Assembly: GCA_002633005.1 (NCBI GenBank) | Contig: NMRA01000001.1 | Coordinates: 1,962,933 to 2,026,932, forward strand | Direction of reading: 5' to 3' | Length of the DNA: 64,000 nt | Source of the DNA: Phoronis australis | Lineage: Eukaryota; Animalia; Phoronida | In this document: positions 13,201 through 24,300 of the stretch, piece after piece | How positions within the stretch are numbered: the stretch's first letter is position 1 | Layout of the letters: each line of letters starts with the position of its first letter | Made by a program: the position numbers and the translations under genes | Notes under the pieces: model-generated | The model's database searches: none | Told to the model about the DNA's origin: nothing | Seen by the model: the letters and a program-made list of their open reading frames with translations, nothing else

Positions 13201-16200
13201 CTGGTGAGGATCGTAGCCAACAAAACCTGAACAGATTGAGAATGGAGTGAACACATTTCATAACTCTTTCTGACAATCAGAAACAAGACAATGGCGACTG
13301 ATAACAAAGGACTGCAAACTCTCCAACAGAGGCTAATCGTCGCCTATTCAGTTGGGACTACTTGAAGATTACCAAAAGAATCTTCTTCACATCAGTCCCT
13401 TAGCTGTTCATTTGTATGCAGTAACACACAATATCCAAATTAAAAGTTGCCTGAACAGTGCGAGCAATTTTTCAAAACACAGTGTAGTGCGCAGCAATTT
13501 GAGTGAAAGAGCCAGCTGTGTACCCACAGTCAAGCGATTAAAATTAAGTGATTTTGTCAGAAAAAGAAAAAAAATCTTCAATGACGCTTTCAGCTGTACA
13601 TAGCACTTAGCATAGTTTAAAGTTCACGAGACATTTAAGTGCAGTCGTGACTTCAAGATGTCACTTAGACAAAGTAGAGACGGCCTATAGCTTGAAATAT
13701 CATCTCTGTGTAGTTTAATGGTATACTTTAGTGATCTGGAACGAAGCATTTTTTAAATTCATGCCAGAAATCTACTAATTATAAAGACCACACAATCCAG
13801 GGGCTTATACGCACGATTTTAAGGAATTAAGGTTTTTTTGGAATGATTTTCAGTTTGTAAATGCTGAACATATTTTTTGTTCAAGAGACAAAGATTGCTT
13901 TGGTGATTATTTTAAAATTATGTGTTATATTATTGGTTAATCAAAAAGAGTGTGTCCCAGCAGCTTTTAAGAGACAAAGTGACTATCAACAATCCTTCCA
14001 TCATAAAAAACAAATTTTGATTTAAACTATAACTGGTCTCAAATTGTTCCTAGGTCAAACTGAACCTGATTTCAAGGCTTCCGAAGTACTGACACTTCAA
14101 ATAATGTTAGGTTACCTTTCAGAGACATGAAGTTCATATAGGGACCAGACAGACCACTTTCTTTCGGTCTCATCTCGAGACCTTCATCGGGTGGAATGGT
14201 GGGTAACTGGAGCCACGCCTGTGTCTGTTACGTCACCATTGTCATGAGTCCCGTGTAACTCAACATTATTCATATTCAGTGACATGAACAGTCATTTTAC
14301 AACTGACATGTCATTATTACCCAAGAATGAGTTCTACTAGACAGAGTGTCACTTCATGAGTCCTGCATAATCTTGAGAAATAATGAACAGTCAGTACTTT
14401 GCAAGCCCAAAAATCGCATCCCACCCCAGACCAATTTCACAGTGGCAAGTGGTCATTTCCTGGATGGAGAACGGATTTATATCCAATTTAAAGGCACGAG
14501 CTAAAAGAGTATCCACGCTCGAAAAATTAAGTTCGAAGCCTATGTGACCAATGATACCTGATGGGGGTGGTCCATAACCGTGCTGTGGTGTGCTCGTGTC
14601 ATCAAATAGTTCAGTGTTGTGAGGTTGCTGTCGTCCCTTACCCCTGCTGCGGCCACGCATGTCAGCTGTTAGAAACACAACGCAACACAGGTTTAACAAA
14701 ACATCAACTGTTTGCAACAACAGAGTTTTTTATCAAGCATCTGATGGTCAGGACAGTAAAGTCTTAACCTTATATTGTGGAATAAAACAGAAGACACGAA
14801 TAAAATGGAGTGGAAACCTAAGAAGCAAAACGCTTGAACCTGATGTCCTTACTAGTAGTTTGAATATGCTGAATGCAACCCAACAATTCTAATTTTGGCC
14901 ACAACGACAGATCAGGAATAAATAGATAGCTACTGTATATATATTCACAAAAGTTTTGGTGTTTTAAACTACGAAGTGCATAGTTGTCAATGTCATGCCA
15001 AACATCTAGAAAACAAGTCTATGTGAGTACGTGTTAGATATTCACTAAATACGTGTCACTTCAATAGATAACATTCACGAAACCCGCTAAACAGTGAATA
15101 GTTTGCAAATAGGACTTCAGAACATAAAAAGGGAGTTGGGACAGTCAGCTAATACCAGTGAATATAAATGCAGTCACTAGTTACTTGGCTTGAAGTACAA
15201 ACCCCACAAAAACAATCAGAGGCAAAATTCAATTCCGCCATCCTGATGGGTCATTTCAAATTGTCCGATTGTGAATTCTGCTCGCATGCCCAGCCATCTT
15301 AACAGAGAAATCTCAGTCATTTTGCCCGATTATTGTTGTCATGTACTGTTACATGCACACGGCTTGTAAATAAACAAATGATTACAATCCGCAACTTAAA
15401 GGGTATCATAAGTACTGTAACACAATCAACTCATCTAAGGAATTAAATATTTTAACAAACAAACAAATAACACATTCAATATTCTAAATGTTGATTTCAT
15501 GCATGCAATCAAAATAAATGATGCCAGTATCTGACGACTACCATAACAAAAGTTAAATGATAAAAAACAACTAACACCAGATTAAAGAACTTCCAGATAC
15601 ATCGTATTCAACACTGTCCCATGTGGATCAGAACACCATCTGGTATTAAATTGAGTCATTTGAAATTTTTCCCTGCAAAACCTATGAGGCGGAAGCAACC
15701 GTCAGTCCCAGAACTGTTCTACCAGAATCAGCAGTAACTCACAAGATAGTCCTCGGCTATCTTTTCTGTATTTTCCTAAGCCTGGAGGTCATGAGTTCGA
15801 CAAGGAAAAGTCCTTTGAAAGACAAACACATTTCGTCAAATTTTATGCTTTTATTCTGTGTGACCAGTTTATTTTCCAAAAGAATCGGACTTTTGTAACA
15901 ATTTCGAGAACCGATGTCTACTTGGTTTCCAAAGTCTAAGACAAGCATGATTGGGTCACGTGAAACTGAACGACATAGTTTTCCACATGTGACACGTAAT
16001 ACTGGCGTTACAATTTGTCAACAATGGTTTAGTAAATAACTAAGAAACTGTTGACACTTTGTAATTTTTGACGCTTGCGAACACAAATTTCAGGAATAAA
16101 AAAATATCAATAGTCATTTCCCCTAGCACAAGCAGTGAAAAATGGCCAGTTGGCGATTTGGGCAACTGAACAAAGGACTGCTTGAAAAAAAAGTTATGAA

Positions 16201-17462
16201 AGTATTTGTTCCAGTTGGAAGGAATTAAAAACTTCTACAATGTCCTGAGGTGTCCTCTATGCGCAAAAGGTATTTATAGAAACGTGACTTTGATGATTTA
16301 ATCAGTGTCAGGCATAATTTGCCGAAAAGCTTCTGGCGTATGAAAACCCTAAGGGAGCACCACCGAAGTGAAGCGAACGTAAGTTCTCAAATTATTGCCG
16401 TCAGTAGAGACGGCATTAATTTGAGAACTTACGTTAGCTTCAATTTGGCGCAGTCATCAGTTTGGCTCACCACCCCATGCCAAACTGAAGTGTGCCAAAT
16501 CAGTTAGGCACAGGCTTCAGTTTGGGCTGCAACAGTACTGTCAACAGTGGTCTAGCTGGCTGGCCTGTAATCTTTAGTAAAGAGCCATGGGCAAGGGTAG
16601 TCGATAATCCAGCCCTTAAATAAGGTTGGAAGTCCACACAGTGAAAGAGTAGAATCAAGTGCCTTACACATCACATTCGAATTGACAGTTTCTTTTTTTG
16701 CCAATTCTTCAATCTACAGTTCTTCTTCCACGAGTTTGTGCACATGTCACAACAAATTATCAGAACTGGTTTCGTTTCGTTACAAGTTTTTAGAATTTTA
16801 ACACCCGTTATTCAGTGGATGGAACTAGTTCTCAAAATTAGGGACCGCTATATAATCTAACCACTTCTCAAGCAAATGACGTTTATTAGATTGTTTTGCT
16901 GCAACGGGCAAGATGAGTATTGGAAGTCGGCACCCCCGCTGTTCGTTAGCTTTGCATGTTAATGTAAGCTTCATGACGAGGTGATGAGCAGAACTACCCA
17001 GGCTGTGCGAAATTTCGGGGTCTAACGAAGCTCATCACACAGGGGTACCTAGCTGTATTTTGACGATAATTTTCATAGAGCTAGCTGGCTGGCCAGTAGC
17101 AGTACAGTAGTGGGCCTCTGCCCTGTTTAAGAGCTGAGTAATGGGTATGGGAAAGGGGCACGTAGATTACAGGACTTGAAGCAGTGTATCAGAAAAGCTC
17201 CCGAACAGCTGAGTGTCAACAATGGGCACTGATGGAGACGTTGACGACGGCGGCCACGAACGGAGATCAGCCGTCAGTGACTGTCAGTGTCACTGACACT
17301 GTCACTGGTCACCTCAGCTCAGGCGTCGGCAATACAACTTACAAGTTACAGTGTTTGTCTGCAATGAATTTAGAATTGAAAATGCTTCGTGCATGCAAAT
17401 CAACATCTAGAAATCGACTGTGACATACGCTTACGATTACGAAACCCAGACGGTGTATCCAT
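7069..17462 (-). CDS. YIF1: Protein YIF1 (YIF1A/B family ER-Golgi membrane trafficking protein), 9 coding exons, 311 aa
   Basis: Exons 17435-17462, 14558-14665, 13066-13226, 11552-11656, 11032-11110, 9596-9653, 8394-8549, 7625-7718, 7069-7215 join in phase with GT-AG introns (936 nt). Family motifs [72 protein letters not shown]. Confidence 0.95.
7625..7718 (-). CDS. YIF1: YIF1 exon 8
   Basis: [31 protein letters not shown]|gtgagt. Confidence 0.92.
8394..8549 (-). CDS. YIF1: YIF1 exon 7
   Basis: [16 protein letters not shown]...[12 protein letters not shown]|gtaagt. Confidence 0.93.
9596..9653 (-). CDS. YIF1: YIF1 exon 6
   Basis: [18 protein letters not shown]|gtgagt. Confidence 0.92.
10165..10278 (+). 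mobile_element. Truncated copy of the CAGGGCTT MITE family
   Basis: CAGGGCTTGGAATGACCAATGACAAAA...CACAAATAAATAGGCTTG matches the left part of the 4785 element. Confidence 0.7.
11032..11110 (-). CDS. YIF1: YIF1 exon 5
   Basis: [26 protein letters not shown]|gtaact. Confidence 0.93.
11300..11473 (-). mobile_element. 5' fragment of HINE (Helentron-associated) element
   Basis: Reverse complement begins TTTTTGTGCACCCACGTATTT...GTCCGTCCGTC...CTCCAAAA, matching the start of the 19654 element. Confidence 0.6.
11552..11656 (-). CDS. YIF1: YIF1 exon 4
   Basis: [35 protein letters not shown]|gtaagt. Confidence 0.95.
13066..13226 (-). CDS. YIF1: YIF1 exon 3
   Basis: FVGYDPHQQ...[26 protein letters not shown]|gtaagg. 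Confidence 0.92.
14154..14194 (-). ncRNA. Degenerate minimal hammerhead-ribozyme-like motif (probable Penelope/retrozyme relic)
   Basis: Minus strand CCAC-CCGATGA-A-GGTCTC-gagat-GAGACC-GAAA-gaaa-GTGG: stems I and II intact, core CUGA reads CCGA, cleavage triplet lost. Confidence 0.4.
14558..14665 (-). CDS. YIF1: YIF1 exon 2
   Basis: [35 protein letters not shown]|gtatca. Confidence 0.9.
17435..17462 (-). CDS. YIF1: YIF1 exon 1 (start)
   Basis: MDTPSGFRN plus 1 nt|gtaagc; phase 1 matches exon 2. Confidence 0.75.
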
Positions 17463-18256
17463 GCCACGTAAGGATATCTCAGCGGCTGAGCGTAAATATG
17501 AACCTGGAAACTTTTTTCGACGTGTAGACGGAAGTGAGGGCTAACAGACAGACATGAGGAGCCGATCCTAAACTGCTAAATCAAAACAAATGTTTTGTGT
17601 CACAATTTTGCCAATAATTTTGAAATATAAGCTATCTTATTTTCAAAAAAGCTATTTAATACCAAAATATGATTCTTTGTTAAAATATATATTGCTTTTA
17701 AACACGCCTAATTGTTTATTTAATGCAGATAGATTTTTCCTCTAATCAACTTCGCTCCTTGTCTTATACGCACCTCTTGCCGGGCATGTGCGTGAACTTG
17801 GAATCTTGCTTAATCTCAAGATCGCGTATGTGTGAACTTGGAATTGAATATTCTTTGAGGAGAGCAGGCAATATTTTTGTTCATTTTAAAGAAGTTTTGT
17901 AATAATAGACCTCGAAATCACCCATTTTCTTCTTTTTCCTAACTTATGTCACCGAATCGGAGAAATATGTGGATGTCACTCTAAGATCTGGTTCCTAGGT
18001 TAAATCACTCGTTTGGAGAATAAGATTACCAATAATTTTCAAAAAAATTGGTTAAAATCTATCTTCTTTTATTAAAATGTAATGCTGTGCAGCGCAGTGT
18101 TATTTTTTATCAATGTAAACGTGATTATTTGAATGAACTAGTCCAGTTTCCTCGTGTATGCCAAGCTCACGCATACGCGATCTTGAGGCTAAGCAGGATT
18201 CTAAGTTCACGCACAGCGGCATGTTCATCTGTTAGCGGTAAATTTACGGCTCAGAA
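17463..18256. promoter_or_regulatory. Putative bidirectional promoter/5'UTR region of YIF1 and PARP1
   Basis: Divergent ATGs 794 bp apart; ETS-type ACGGAAGTG at 17528-17536; 55-bp inverted repeat 17787-17841/18161-18215. Confidence 0.65.
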
Positions 18257-18376
18257 ATGGCAGATCATCATGACCTCCCATTCAAAGCTGAATATGCAAA
18301 AAGTGGACGTGCATCTTGCAAGGCTTGTAAAGAACTCATTGGAAAAGATGCACTGCGACTTGCGATTATGGTTCAG
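18257..18376 (+). CDS. PARP1: PARP1 exon 1 (ZnF1)
   Basis: [40 protein letters not shown]|gtataa. Confidence 0.93.
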
Positions 18377-21300
18377 GTATAACTGTGCGCTAATATCGCA
18401 AGGAATGAGGTGATTGATCGCTTTCTTACTTCGCATTTCTTAGAAGAGAAGTTTCGTCGGCTCCGAACCGACCAGGAACGAAATATCACAATGGGACAGT
18501 CGAGTTTTAACGAAGTACTTACTAAAAGTGGTCGGATATAGTGGCTGCTGAGAGGAGGCAGTGTGGCCTGGTTGATAAGTGCCCACTTTGTTTACTCGAG
18601 GTCGTGGGTTCAAGTCCCACCAGGTCACATTGCTAAACCCAGGTTTCTAGCTCCTCAGCAGGACCTCAGCTCGGTTTTAACCATATATCAATAAAGCATA
18701 AAAATATTTCCAGGTGATCAGTGCAATGGGCCCACATGCGAGGACTGCGCACGTCTGATACAGCATGTATCAGACCGCCTGCAATTATTTTTTTTTTTAT
18801 AGTGGCTCCTGATTTAGAGAACTGTGGTTTCTTCGACTGAATAGCGGGCCCGTTGTTTGTTCAAAAATCCTTTTTCTGAGTCATTCATGTCATAGAGCAG
18901 ACACCTCACATGTCATGTTATACTGGGCACTGACTGGTCGGATAAAGTGGTCCCTGATTTTGAGAACCAGTTTCATCCACTGAATAATGGGCCCATTATT
19001 CAGTGATCGCCTGGTTCTCAAAATCAGGGACCACTATATCCGTCCAGTGCCCAAATACTGCACACTTCCTGAATAACTGAAACCATGTTAATGTGGCAGT
19101 AGTTTATGTCACGCATTTTTCTGCGACTGCAACGTATTCACTAGTTACATTTGTTGACATCGAAACCAATAAACACCATAGATACCTCCAGACTTTCCTA
19201 ATTCAATCAGCAACATTCACGACAAAGCGTAGGGGCCGAGATCCATATGCGTCACATTATCGCCAGGATGTTCTCATCAACTAAATCCAGCAACATTACA
19301 CCTACAATACTCCAGGATCACGTTGAATGGGTACAAGAAAGAAGGTCAACATTTCAAGGGGCCTTCGAACTTCTTTCCGTTCCTCCAAAATCGTCAATTA
19401 CAAACACAGAAGCACGGGTGTGTGATTGGAGTAATTAAGTGGTGATAACAAAATGAGCCAAATTTCTGATCATCAGCAACTATGTGTTTGAGATCTCATC
19501 ATGCCAGGTTTTGCAGTGACAGTACTAATTCTAAACTCGACGTTTGGAATTAGTAGCCAGCACATCGTAATAGCAGTGGTTTGTGACTGGTTTCAGTACT
19601 CAACGCTTAGCTTAATGCCACCTTGCCAAGTGATAAATATAGATATCAAAACCTTTTTATGCGTCCACATATTTATATGTGGACGCATTATGCCGTCATC
19701 TCCATCCGTCTGGCGTCCAACGTCCGTTCGTCTGGCGTCCGTTGGTCTGGCGTCCGTCTGTCTGGCGTCCGTCTGTCTGGCGTCCGTCCATCCAGCGTCT
19801 GTCCGGCGTCCGCTACTCTATCTCAAAAACGTCTTGATGTATGTTCATGAAATTTTGCACATGTGTTCCTTTTGTGAATGAGACGGCATGAGCGAACTTT
19901 CGGATGGATCCAACTACCGGTGTGCCCCCTAGTGGCAATTTTAGTTTTTTACGTTTATCTCTGTATCTTCAAAAGTCCTGAATGGATTTTCATAAAATTT
20001 GGTATATAGGCACCTATTAGCGAGATAATGCTATTTTCTGGTTTTCAAATGGATTCGACGTAGTTTGCGCCACCTAGTGGCCATTTTTACTGTTTTTGAT
20101 TCGGTTTTTGCGTCCACGCCTCTATCAACCAAACCGCTCAAAGGACGATTGTGAAAATTGTCATGTATGCTCTTACTATGAAGTGGACAGCTAACGATGA
20201 TTTTCCGACGACTTCGACTACTGTGGCGCCTCCTAGTGGCATTTTTTGTTTTCAAAGCCTATGGCTGTATCTCCTAAACCATTCTCAGAATCTTTACTAA
20301 ATTTAATAAGTGTATTTATATGATGTTAACAATGAAGGATGACGACTTTTGGACGGATTTGACCACTGGTGCGCCACCTAGTGGCAATTTTATTCTTTTT
20401 ACGTTTACCTCTGTTTGTTCAAAGGTCCTCAACATATTTTCATAAAATTTGGTATACAGGCTTTTGTTAATGAGTTGACGCTATCTCTCCATTTTCAGAT
20501 GGATTCGACCTAGTTTGCGCCACCTAGTGGCCATTTTTACTGTTTTCAAGTCTGTTTTGTGGCGTCCACTCATCTATCAACCAAACCGCTTTTAGGATAA
20601 ATGTGAAAATTGGCATGTATGTTTTTACTATGAAGTGGACGGCTGACGGTGATTTTCCGACGAGTTCGATTACTGTGGCACCTCCTAGTGGCAGTTTTTT
20701 TTTGCACTCATGGCTGTATCTTCTAAACCATTTGCAGGATCTTTACTTAATTTAGCAAGTGTATTTATGTGATGCTGACAACTGACGATGATGACTTTTG
20801 GACAGATTTGACTACTGGTGTGCCCCCTGGTGGCAATTTTAGTTTTTTACGTTTACCAGTCTGTATCTTCAAAGCTATTCAACAGATTTTCATAAAATTT
20901 TGAATATAGGCATCTATTGGTGAGATGACGCTATCATCGTGTTTTTGGATGGAATCGAGGTATTTTGTTTCACCTAGTGGCCATTTTTGGTGTTTTCAAA
21001 TCTTGTTTTTGGTGTCCACCCCTCTATCAACCAATTGACATTCTGGAGATGGTTTTGAACATTGTCGCATATGTTTTCAGTGTGAAGAGGACGTTTGATG
21101 ATGGCGACTGACTGCTGTGGTGCCTCCTAGTGGTAGTTTTGTTTTGTTTTGCGCCCATATCTGTATCTTCAAAACCCACTACAAGATTAAATTTAGTAAG
21201 TGGATAACAAACGACTTTCAGATGGATCGAACTGTCGCTGTGCCCTCATGTGGCAATTTGGTTTTTTTCTGTTTTCCTTTGTTTCTCTGAAGTTCCTGGA

Positions 21301-24300
21301 CTGATTTTTATGAAATATGGCATGTGCCTGTTTTTGGATGGATTGTACGTTGTTGCGCCATCTAATGGCCATTTTTATGATACAAATAAATAACCCTAAA
21401 AGCACACCATTTGCGATGCATTTGTGGGCGCATTTCAAAGCTCCACATTGCTCTTGTTCAATTAAAAGATTGTACGAAAAAATATTAGCCTGCCAGCTAG
21501 CTGTATGAACTATGAAGACTAACGTCAAAATACAACGAGGAATGTCTGTGCATTAACTTCACCTAGACCTCGAAATTTTACACCAGCTAGGTACTTATAC
21601 TTGTCACTTTTCTGTGAAGTTTATAATTAAGCTAATGACCAATGAGAGTACCCAAGCAAAATCTTGAAGCCAACCAATACTGGCCTTGCCTGTTAGACTG
21701 GTTTAAGTGAAAAACAATGTTAATAAACGTCATTTTCTTGCTTCATTCTCATTCTATTGTAACAAAGAAAAGGCTGTCGTTGACTTGAAAATGACAAACT
21801 TTCTTTAAACAGACGATGTTCCTCTGCTCCCAGTTAATTAATCACCACGGTGAAGTCGTCTCGCCATGGTTTGGCCTTTAACTTGAACCCGTTCCAACGT
21901 TAGGCCACTGAAGTTGATCAGGTTCCGTTTGGACGAGGGCTCTGCCATTGCTTGCTCCTCTGCAACCGCTGCGGCTGCTACTGATTTCATCATAGACTTC
22001 TGTGAATTAGTTTAAATCCCCAGCATCCTTGACATCCTCCACATGTACTGGATGCCACAAAACCTCTAGCTCCTATCTCAAGTGGTACACAGCGCTTCCA
22101 CCCATTTCTCAAACACTCATGGTCCAGCTCACTGTGCTTCAAAGCTTTCCTTATCTGGCCGTCCCATATCATGGTTTCCATGGCACAGTTTTTTTAATGT
22201 TAATTACGAAATCTTCAATACCATGAATATACATTGCCCAGAAAGCGCCAACAGGCATTATATCATGGCACAGTTAACAGGGCTTGGAATTTTTATGGAC
22301 CCACATATTTATATGTTGGTGCATATTGCCGTCATCTCTGTCTGGGCGTCCAGCATCCGTGGCTGTATCTCCTAAACCCCTTGCAGGATCTTATTGAAAT
22401 TTTGCAGGTGTGTTCCTATGGGGTTGATGGCAGAGGGCGACGAGTTTTGGACTGACCCGAATACCGATGTGCCCCCTAGTGGCAATTTTAATTTTTCGCG
22501 TTTGCCTCTGTATCCTCAAAGGTCCTCAACCGATTTTCATGAAATTTGGCACATAGGCATCTATTAATGAGGTGACGCTATTCTGACATTTTCGGATGGA
22601 TTCAAGGTACTTTGTGCCATCTAGTAGCTATTTTTAGTGTTTTCGAGTCCGTTTTTTGGCGTCCGCCCCTCTGTCAACCAAACCGCTCTAAGGATGATTG
22701 CGAAAATTAGCATTTATGTTCTTACCATGATAAGGACAGTTGACGATTTTCCGATATCTTCGACTACTGTGGCGCCTCCTAGTGACAGTTTTGTTTGTTT
22801 TTGCGCCCATAGCTGTATCTCCTAAGGCTCTTCAGGATCTTTATTAAATGCAGCAAATGTGTTTATAAGAAGTTGATCACGAGCGACAACGAGTTTCGGA
22901 CGTACCCGAATACCGCTGTGCCCCCTAGTGGCAATTTTAGTTTTTTACGTCTGCCTCTGTATCTTCAAAGGTCCTCAACCGATTTTCATGAAAATTGGCA
23001 CATAGGCATCTATTAGTCAGATGACACTATCCGGATGGATTTGACGTAGTTTGTGCCACCTAGTGGCCATTTTTACTGTTTTCAAGTCTGTTTTTTGGTG
23101 TCTATCCCTCTATCAACCAAACCGCTCTAAGGATGATTGTGAAGATTGGCATCTATGTTGTTACTACGATGAGGACAGCTGACGATTCAACTACTCTGGC
23201 GCCTCTTATTGGCAGTTTTGTTTTTTTGCGCTCATGGCTGTATTTCCTATACCTTTTGCAGGATCTGTACTAAATTTAGTAAGTATATTTATATGATGAT
23301 GACAATGATTGACCACAACTTTCGGTCTAAACTGACTACCAGTGTGCCCCCTAGTGGTAATTTTTGTTTTTTAGGTTTAGCTCTGTATCTTCAAAGGTCC
23401 TTAACAGATTTTCAGAAAATTTCTAATATAGGCAGCTATTGGTGAGGTGATTCTATTAAAGGAGCAATGCAATGACATGTTCCGTTTTCGGATGGATTGT
23501 ACGTTTTTTCTCCAACTAGTGGCCATTTTTATGATTCAAATAAACAACCGTAAAAGCTGTCCATTTGCGATGCATTCGTGGGCACATTTCAACGCTCCGT
23601 GTTGCTCTTATCCTCTTTGAAGAGGATTCTCTCTTTTTGGTTTCGGTTTCCTCTTATTTGATTTCCAGTTTTCTTTTTTCGTCTCAATTTTATTTTGACT
23701 TTATTCATGCAAAAACGTTTGTTTCAGTTAAATTTACCACACAAAACTTTTACCACACAAAAATTATTTCTATCTCAAAAACAAGTCTATTTGTGGTAGA
23801 ATACATCACCTGGAAAATTTTCCTTTTTTGTCATTGGTTATTTATTCCAAACCCTGAGTTAATGCCATCAAGACTGTCATCCTCGCAACATAACTTTTCG
23901 CATTTGGCTAAATGCAGCCGTTTAGTAAGGTCCTACTAGTACTGCAGAACTTAACAGATCCTTTTTGTGCAGCACCCCTTGTTGGTCATTCGCTTTTGTT
24001 TGTGGCTCACTATTAAGAAAATTTGTTTGAACTAGAAACAAGGCATAGAAAATATTGAAAACAGAGAGGTTACTACATGAAAATCATCTATTGGTCATCT
24101 TGTCAGGTAAATAACCCATTTTGTTGACATTTCTTGATTGCCATGTAATTTCAAGTTTGTTTTTTTTTTCAGTCTCCTATGTTTGACGGCAAGGTAAGTA
24201 GACACGCGAGTCTGCTACATTTAGTCAGTTAATTATATTCTAAATCTGGTGTGGTATTGGCTCATATGAATTGTACAGGTTTGCACGCCAACTTGAATAG

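Noticed and set aside
17272-17310. CAGTGAC/GTCACTG short inverted repeats in YIF1 intron 1
   Set aside because: Short and low-complexity; no supporting context
18556-18630. Functional tRNA gene
   Set aside because: A/B boxes present but acceptor and anticodon stems do not pair; treated as a SINE head
19501-19881. ORFs with LASVC/SGVRL repeats
   Set aside because: Translation of the HINE internal microsatellite
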